Part shown: piece by piece, positions 44,361-50,041 of the stretch
Numbering within the stretch: position 1 is the first letter of the stretch
How the letters are laid out: every line of letters starts with the position of its first letter
Position numbers and translations under genes: made by a program
Notes under the pieces: generated by a model
Databases searched by the model: none
Seen by the model: only the letters and a program-made list of their open reading frames with translations
Told to the model about the DNA's origin: nothing
From: a virus
Taxonomy: Duplodnaviria > Caudoviricetes
Virus record (IMG/VR): IMGVR_UViG_3300044478_000087
Span: 1 to 50,041 of that record
Length of the DNA stretch: 50,041 nt
Direction: 5' to 3' (one strand)

Positions 44361-44729
44361 CTACACTGGAAAGCCTTTGGGGTATTGTCGGGTGGCATTT
44401 CCCGTGGTGTCTTGGTGTTCCGGCGCCTCAGCCATCGGCATCTCTATTTCGAGGGTGCGCAGGAGCGCGAGGCCGTGTTCTTGGAAGGGGCTTTTGCGGC
44501 CTGCCGCCCGGTAGACCACGTCGACGAGCGCCATATACGCTCGTTTCTCGCCGCGGAGGAAGTCTCCATGGCCCTGTTGGTCGATCGCCGGCCGGTCGAG
44601 CATCTGGGTGGCTTCCTGGATGCGGGGCAGGAGGTATTTCTCTACCAGGACGATCCACCCAGGCTGCCGACTGAGCTGCGCGAGCATCTGCCGTTCCTCG
44701 TGGATGAAGCGGTCGAAGACGTCGCTCAT
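44361..44729 (-). CDS. Small portal-adjacent protein
   Basis: ATGA overlap with the portal gene; PGW..L and FLRGE pattern. Confidence 0.65.
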   Translation of the reverse strand: MSDVFDRFIHEERQMLAQLSRQPGWIVLVEKYLLPRIQEATQMLDRPAIDQQGHGDFLRGEKRAYMALVDVVYRAAGRKSPFQEHGLALLRTLEIEMPMAEAPEHQDTTGNATRQYPKGFPV

Positions 44730-46726
44730 GATCCCTCCAGGGGGACGGTGGTTCCATTCTGCGCCGGCGCGCCCTGGAGCATCGCGGCGGCTTGTTCCGG
44801 GCTTAGGCCGATCTGGCTCGCGGCCTGCTGCCCCACGGCCTGAAGTTCCTGGAGCTGTTGTTGGGCCTGCGCCTGGTCAAGCTGCGCGAGCTGTCCTTCG
44901 AAGGTTGCGAGCTGTACTTGAATGGCGGTGAGGCGCTGCTGCGTCTGGAGCATGGCAATCTCTTCCGGGTAGATGTCGTCAAATCCCTGCTGGTGGTAGA
45001 TGGCCCAGATGCGCTTGAGCATCGTGCGCATCCCCATAGGATAATCCATGAGGGCCGGCGCGGTGAGCTGGAACAGCGCCGTAAGGACCTGCTGGTCAAA
45101 CTGTTCTTCCGGATTGACGTCAATGGTGACGTCAAAGAATCCTGAAATCTGTTCTCGGGAGATCGGAGCCGCAAGGCGGGGCTCCGGAGGGACGATGGGG
45201 GCGTTCGTGGACGGATTGGCAAAGAGCCGGTCCCAGAGGGCTGAGCCCTGTGCCTGGGCCTGTCGGCTGATGCCCGCGTAGGTGTCGTCCGGCAAGATTT
45301 CCTGCCAGAGGCGGAAGTGGAAGGTGAGTATCTCGCCAAACTGATGGGCCGCGTCACGGACAAGCTTCCCGAAGGACTTGCGGCTCTGCGCCAGCAGCGC
45401 CATGGTGGCACTGGCTGTCCTCGGCACGGTCGCCCCCTGGCCCTGGCGCCCCAGGTTGAAGTCCGTAACGTGGGAGTCGCGCTCGACGTTGGCCTGCATC
45501 ATCTGGATCTGCTCGGCGAAGTGCCTGTTGAGGCTCCGCGTCGGTGCAAACTGCACGCCGGACAGGTCATCAATAGGGACGGTGGTCCCCGGCCGTACGG
45601 TGCGTAGGTCGGGGATGTCACCAGTCAGGAACGTGTTGACGAACACGAACGGGAGCATCGAGACTTCGCCGTAGTTCACCAGCTGTTCGTGGAGGCGGTT
45701 GATGAGATCCTGCATACTTTCCAGGCGGTCAGGCACGTTAAGCCCCCGCCACTGGCGGGGCTGCCCCCAGAAGGTCACGGGGAAGAAAGGTCTCCTCGGC
45801 CTGTCGTCCTGGGGGAAGACGTCGGTGAGTCGCCGTACCCCGGCAATGCGCCCTTGGTTCGCGGCGGTGTTGTGGCTGGTCCCGGCGATCTGGGCGTCTG
45901 GGAACCAGGAGACGATGATGTCTTCATCCCCGATTTCGTCGTTCAGGGTGAAACGCTCGTAGCTCTCCAGGAACAGCACACTGTCCGGCTTGAAGGCGAC
46001 CACCCGCTCGCCTTCGCGCTCCAGTTCCATTTGCTTGCGCTCGGTCATCTGCTGCGCATCGCCCAGCTCGTCGTAGTCGGGGACGTCGTAGCCGCGCTTT
46101 TCCATGCGCCACAGGTCGTCGGCGTTGAGGAACAACTCCTGGGCGACGTAACGGCACTCGGGGTATTGGAGTCCCTCGGCGTCCGGGGCAACTAGGAGCA
46201 TCCCTAGGTCGACCGCGTCAATGCGCACCTGGCGTCGGAGGAAGCGCTCCTGGCGGGTCGAGGGCGCCGGCCATGGCGGTTCCCATGCTGCTACCTTGGC
46301 AACACCTACGGAGTCGAGCAGGGCGTCAAAGACTAAGGTCGTCGTGACCTGGTTCCAGTTGAGGGTTTTTTCCACTGTCCATTGGAGGAAGTCGCTGACG
46401 CGCTGGGCGTGCTCAATGTCCTCTGGGCCGAAAGGGATCGCCCTGATCTGCAGCGGTGTGGCGAATAGGGCTTGCCAAATTTCATCCTGGAGGCGTTCGA
46501 GCACCGCCCGCGTGGTCGGGATGAAGAGTCGGGCTGATCCTTCCCAGGACCCCGGCGGTCGCAACACTGGGTCGGCGAGGTAACGCTGATACCGCTCAGC
46601 GTGGCGGACTGGCCAATCGGCGCGGGCTTGCATGGCTTCGTCCCGATGGTCCTGGATTTGCTTGGTGAGCCGCGTTTCCTCGTCCGCGCTGAGCCTGAGG
46701 AAGTCGTAGGGCTGGTAGATAGGCAT
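44726..46726 (-). CDS. Portal protein
   Basis: 666 aa; DALL..VGVAKV, RPFF, G.....RL..MQ..IN, G.......TA; Gln-rich C-terminal barrel (P22-like). Confidence 0.85.
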   Translation of the reverse strand: MPIYQPYDFLRLSADEETRLTKQIQDHRDEAMQARADWPVRHAERYQRYLADPVLRPPGSWEGSARLFIPTTRAVLERLQDEIWQALFATPLQIRAIPFGPEDIEHAQRVSDFLQWTVEKTLNWNQVTTTLVFDALLDSVGVAKVAAWEPPWPAPSTRQERFLRRQVRIDAVDLGMLLVAPDAEGLQYPECRYVAQELFLNADDLWRMEKRGYDVPDYDELGDAQQMTERKQMELEREGERVVAFKPDSVLFLESYERFTLNDEIGDEDIIVSWFPDAQIAGTSHNTAANQGRIAGVRRLTDVFPQDDRPRRPFFPVTFWGQPRQWRGLNVPDRLESMQDLINRLHEQLVNYGEVSMLPFVFVNTFLTGDIPDLRTVRPGTTVPIDDLSGVQFAPTRSLNRHFAEQIQMMQANVERDSHVTDFNLGRQGQGATVPRTASATMALLAQSRKSFGKLVRDAAHQFGEILTFHFRLWQEILPDDTYAGISRQAQAQGSALWDRLFANPSTNAPIVPPEPRLAAPISREQISGFFDVTIDVNPEEQFDQQVLTALFQLTAPALMDYPMGMRTMLKRIWAIYHQQGFDDIYPEEIAMLQTQQRLTAIQVQLATFEGQLAQLDQAQAQQQLQELQAVGQQAASQIGLSPEQAAAMLQGAPAQNGTTVPLEGS

Positions 46727-47104
46727 CTATGCTTGGCCCAATATGACAAAGAGGTTAACCGTGGTAGCGCTCGTGTTGTAGGCCTGGAGGCTTGTCATGG
46801 TCACCCCGCTTGATACATAGAGCCCGTACGCCCCCAGGGTGAACCCATCGGCTTGGGCGGCTACGCCGTGGAGGCCGATCTTCATCTGTTGATCCGGGTA
46901 GAGCAGGAGAAAATTCAGTGCGGTGAAGGCTGCGATGCTTGGGGACACCCCGCCTACTAGCTGGGCTGAGGATGTCCCGGAGATCTGGATCTCCGTGGCA
47001 AGAAACTGGTCGTAGACGGCTTCCAGGGGGAACACATAGGGGCCGAATGGTAAGGTGTTGCGTAGCCCGCTCATATCCATCGTGCCGTGGAGTATGGTTG
47101 CCAT
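46727..47104 (-). CDS. Small beta-rich virion protein, similar to 30044-30415
   Basis: Clean ORF abutting the portal start; similarity noted by eye. Confidence 0.6.
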   Translation of the reverse strand: MATILHGTMDMSGLRNTLPFGPYVFPLEAVYDQFLATEIQISGTSSAQLVGGVSPSIAAFTALNFLLLYPDQQMKIGLHGVAAQADGFTLGAYGLYVSSGVTMTSLQAYNTSATTVNLFVILGQA

Positions 47105-47113
47105 GTCCTGCTT

Positions 47114-47278
47114 TCAGGGCGCGTCGTCTGGCCCTTCGGTTTCCAGCCAGCCTTGGTACGTGGTGAAGGTGATGACGGCGGCGGGCGGGGCCGCGCCCGC
47201 TTCTGCCCAATAGTCGGGGTGCCAGAAGTTGGCGTGGAACATCCCGTCCGCAAAGTACCCGGCGCCGTCGCTTGCCAT
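47114..47278 (-). CDS. Small aromatic-rich protein (54 aa, MASDGAGYFADGMFHANFWHPDYW...)
   Basis: AGAGG RBS; fills the intergenic gap. Confidence 0.5.
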   Translation of the reverse strand: MASDGAGYFADGMFHANFWHPDYWAEAGAAPPAAVITFTTYQGWLETEGPDDAP

Positions 47279-47285
47279 ATGGCCT

Positions 47286-49151
47286 CTATACCGAAGGGGT
47301 GAGGGTCATCGCCGTTCTTTCGTTGCTTACGTTGATGGTCGCGGCGATACGTGTGGCCGCGCCGTTCGGACTTTTTAACGTTGCACCGCCATCTGCCGTT
47401 ACGCCGGCTAATGCTGCGAGCAAAATACTCAGGACTTGTCCTAATGTATATGACCCAGCGCTCTCTACGACGAGAGCCTTGATCGCGGCCGTAATTTCAT
47501 TGACGGCGTCGGTGGCCACCGCGTTTGCATCTACCGCGTTTGCAGCCAGTGTCATGGCGCTCCCCACGGCCGCCGGGCTCGCAGGAAGGTTGGTTGTCTT
47601 GGCATTGATCCCGCTCAGCTGGGTGTCCAGGTTCGCAGCGGCTAGGCCCACGGCGCTGCGCACGCCGGCGGCGTCAAGGGTAGAGAGCCCGCTCTGGATT
47701 TCTGTGACAGCACTCGCGGCGAGTTCGGATGACCCAATGGCATCGGCTGCGATAGCCGTAGCATCAATGGCCCCAGCCGTGAATGATGCGGCGGCGATGC
47801 CCCCCGTGGCGATGCTCCCGACACTCCCTGTGACGTTCCCTCCGACGTTGCCCGTCACTGACCCTACGCTCCCTGACAGGTTGCCCGTCACGTTGCCGGT
47901 GATGTTGACTGTCGTCGCGGCGTTCGAGCCGGCAATGAAGAGTCCTCCCGCGCCCCCGGCTGCAATGTCGGGGATATTCCCCAGGCGGTGCCCTGCTGTG
48001 CCCGCGCCGTAGGCTCCGGGGATGGCGGTGGTCCAGGGATCACCCGCACTGCCCGCCGCGTTGAGGGCATTCCCTGTGCTGCCTGCCCCAAGGTGTCCCG
48101 CAATGGCTTCATCCCACACGGCGTCGGCAATCTCCGCGACGGCGTCTGCCGCGAGCTCGGAGGCCCCGATGGCGTCCGCCGCGATCGCCGCAGCGTTAAT
48201 GGCCCCCGCTGCAAAACTGGCCGTGGTAATGCCCCCTGTGGCGACGCTGCCGACACTGCCCGTGACATTGCCCCCCACATTGCCATTGACGTTGCCAGAG
48301 ACCGTGGCAATGGTCCCAGCGGTGAGGTTCGTGGTGGAGGCTAGCGTTGCCCCAGTCGGGAAGGTGATGGTTCCGCCGTTGACGACCGGGTTCGTCTTGA
48401 TCGTGTCGACGTCGACCTTCTGCGTGATGGCGATGGTCGTGGCAGAGAGGTTGAGCGAGGTGCTCGGGCTCCCAACGTTTGCCCAGTCGACGCCGGCCTC
48501 GCCTCCAGTACTGACGTCTAAGGTCCGTCCGAGGGTCGTCGGGAGGAGTGCTGGACGGAAGACGGATAGGTTATCCCCGGCGGCGACAGTAAAGGTTGCG
48601 CCGGCGGCGAGCGTCACCGTTTTGGTCGACCCAGTGTACGCCGTGATAAACCCGGTCCCCATCTGTATCGCGCTCGCAATGTCGTGGATGACCACCTGGC
48701 ATCCGAGCAGCGCGCTGTCTTCCGCTGGCCCAGCGGTCAGCGTAAAGCTTGTCTGCGTGGCGAGGGTGGCTATTGTGGTGTCGTAGAGCGCGCTGGGGTA
48801 GCCGATCTGGAACGATGCGGCCAGAAATGAGACCGTCTGGCTGTCCACCGTAACGGTGGAGACGGCAATGAAGTACGACCCTCCTGCCACGTAGAACCCG
48901 GCATCGCTGTTGTCTGCCAGGTCAATGGAGAATCCGTGGACGCCGGTGATGCCGTCAAAGTCCGTGCCGTCCGTGTCCAGCAGGGAAAACCCGCTGGTGC
49001 TCGCCCGCTGCGTCGTGCTGCCGTTCTTATAGACACCAATGTCCCCGACTGCTAGCCCAGTCATCGTCACGCTCGCGCCGGTGCTGCCTGCGTAGCTGCT
49101 GAAGGGAACGTACAGGATGGACCCAGGGCGTACTTTGCCGAAGTGGATCAT
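47286..49151 (-). CDS. Fibre-like structural protein with internal repeats
   Basis: Ala/Gly/Thr-rich; GNV.G tetrad repeats and a duplicated ~55-aa block. Confidence 0.7.
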   Translation of the reverse strand: MIHFGKVRPGSILYVPFSSYAGSTGASVTMTGLAVGDIGVYKNGSTTQRASTSGFSLLDTDGTDFDGITGVHGFSIDLADNSDAGFYVAGGSYFIAVSTVTVDSQTVSFLAASFQIGYPSALYDTTIATLATQTSFTLTAGPAEDSALLGCQVVIHDIASAIQMGTGFITAYTGSTKTVTLAAGATFTVAAGDNLSVFRPALLPTTLGRTLDVSTGGEAGVDWANVGSPSTSLNLSATTIAITQKVDVDTIKTNPVVNGGTITFPTGATLASTTNLTAGTIATVSGNVNGNVGGNVTGSVGSVATGGITTASFAAGAINAAAIAADAIGASELAADAVAEIADAVWDEAIAGHLGAGSTGNALNAAGSAGDPWTTAIPGAYGAGTAGHRLGNIPDIAAGGAGGLFIAGSNAATTVNITGNVTGNLSGSVGSVTGNVGGNVTGSVGSIATGGIAAASFTAGAIDATAIAADAIGSSELAASAVTEIQSGLSTLDAAGVRSAVGLAAANLDTQLSGINAKTTNLPASPAAVGSAMTLAANAVDANAVATDAVNEITAAIKALVVESAGSYTLGQVLSILLAALAGVTADGGATLKSPNGAATRIAATINVSNERTAMTLTPSV

Positions 49152-50041
49152 GCCACAAGCCTCCCTGGTCCGACAAGCGGCCCGCCGTCAATGATGTGTC
49201 CCCCACCGATGAGCGGTCCCACGATGGCCGCCGGGGCGGCCGTGACGCCGAGGAGCGCTCCGGGGAGCCGGTTGATGATGGCGGGATGCCCCCGGCGGCT
49301 GCTTTGGTACCACGCGCGCGCTTCCACGGCCGCCAGGGCACGCGCCGGCCAGATGGCGACGTCGTCCATCGCCGCGTTGGCGAAATTGGCGCTATACCCG
49401 CCGAAGCGGTTGCTGAGTCCAGTGCCGATGCTACTTCCCGTGCCGGTGCTGTTGGCCACGCCGTCCACGTACACCGTAAAGTCACCGTTCGTCGTGCTGT
49501 TCGGCCCCACGCTCCCGACCAGGACAAAATGCACCCACTTCCCGACGCTATTCGCCAGCGTCGGCGCGGTGGAGCACAGCTTGCCGGTGGCCCCACCGGT
49601 GCCATAGCTCAGCGCAATGTACCCAGCGGTGCTGCTCCGAAAGATGAGGTAGATGTTCGATGACGTGTTGTATTGCAAGCTGAAGCGCGTCGGGAAGGTC
49701 TGGGCCGTGCTAAAGAGGTATTCCCACCAGGCGATGGTGAAAGGCGTGGACGTAGCGAGAAGGTCGCCGGCTGGGAGCGCCACGTAGTCGTTCGTGTTGT
49801 CCATGGCCAAGGCGCCCCACCCCCCGTGTCGCGGGTAGCGGAAGTTCCACCCGCTGGTGCTCGTCGGGGTCCCCGCGATGCTGGTGAGGGTCCCCAGGTG
49901 AGGCCGCCGGCCGATGGACACCCACCGCGTGCCGGACATGCGGCCGGGCAACGCCAGGTACCAGTAGTCCAGCCCGCGCGTGAGGGGAAGGCGGTAATTG
50001 ACCAGGCGGCCGTAGTCGGGGGTCGGGAGTTCGATCATCAT
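49148..50041 (-). CDS. LamG/concanavalin A-like domain protein (5' end at the window edge)
   Basis: PFTIAWW, GKWVHFVLV, VYVDG, MDDVAIWPARAL.A.E. Confidence 0.8.
   Translation of the reverse strand: MMIELPTPDYGRLVNYRLPLTRGLDYWYLALPGRMSGTRWVSIGRRPHLGTLTSIAGTPTSTSGWNFRYPRHGGWGALAMDNTNDYVALPAGDLLATSTPFTIAWWEYLFSTAQTFPTRFSLQYNTSSNIYLIFRSSTAGYIALSYGTGGATGKLCSTAPTLANSVGKWVHFVLVGSVGPNSTTNGDFTVYVDGVANSTGTGSSIGTGLSNRFGGYSANFANAAMDDVAIWPARALAAVEARAWYQSSRRGHPAIINRLPGALLGVTAAPAAIVGPLIGGGHIIDGGPLVGPGRLVA

Larger units (their letters stand above)
1..50041. mobile_element. Tailed bacteriophage genome (podovirus-like), probably near-complete
   Basis: TerS, TerL, portal, scaffold, capsid, adaptors, nozzle, ejection proteins and a replication module are all present; no host housekeeping genes or tape-measure gene recognised. 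Confidence 0.92.

Noticed and set aside
1-50041. tRNA/rRNA genes and host taxonomic assignment
   Set aside because: No cloverleaf or rRNA-like sequence was noticed by eye, and the host cannot be assigned without database searches

Overview
The window looks like an essentially complete, probably circularly permuted, GC-rich tailed-phage genome of podovirus type. Virion genes lie on the minus strand from 50041 to ~16.1 kb: LamG and fibre-like proteins, portal, scaffold, Mu gpT-like major capsid, decoration proteins, four paralogous head-tail adaptors, nozzle, and ejection proteins including an SLT transglycosylase. TerS (5164-5784) and TerL (888-2387) are separated by a small early/accessory cassette carrying a minimal tyrosine recombinase. 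A Prim-Pol/PriCT/AAA replication gene sits next to a repeat-rich putative origin. A plus-strand early operon encodes SWIM-ERF, a RuvC-like resolvase, DHFR and small Zn-finger proteins. Accessory genes include a glycine-zipper lipoprotein, a low-GC secreted beta-helix protein, an ORF6N-P63C antirepressor, a GT-A glycosyltransferase, a KTSC protein and an adenine methyltransferase with five 14-aa internal repeats. The most unusual signals are: (1) an unassigned structured element with loop UGRUGAGUAACCGAAY present three times, with G-U-type variation favouring a plus-strand RNA; (2) the repeat-expanded methyltransferase; (3) signal peptides on several spike-like or lectin-like proteins; (4) two families of shared operator-like motifs. 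All assignments come from motif recognition by eye; no database searches were run.
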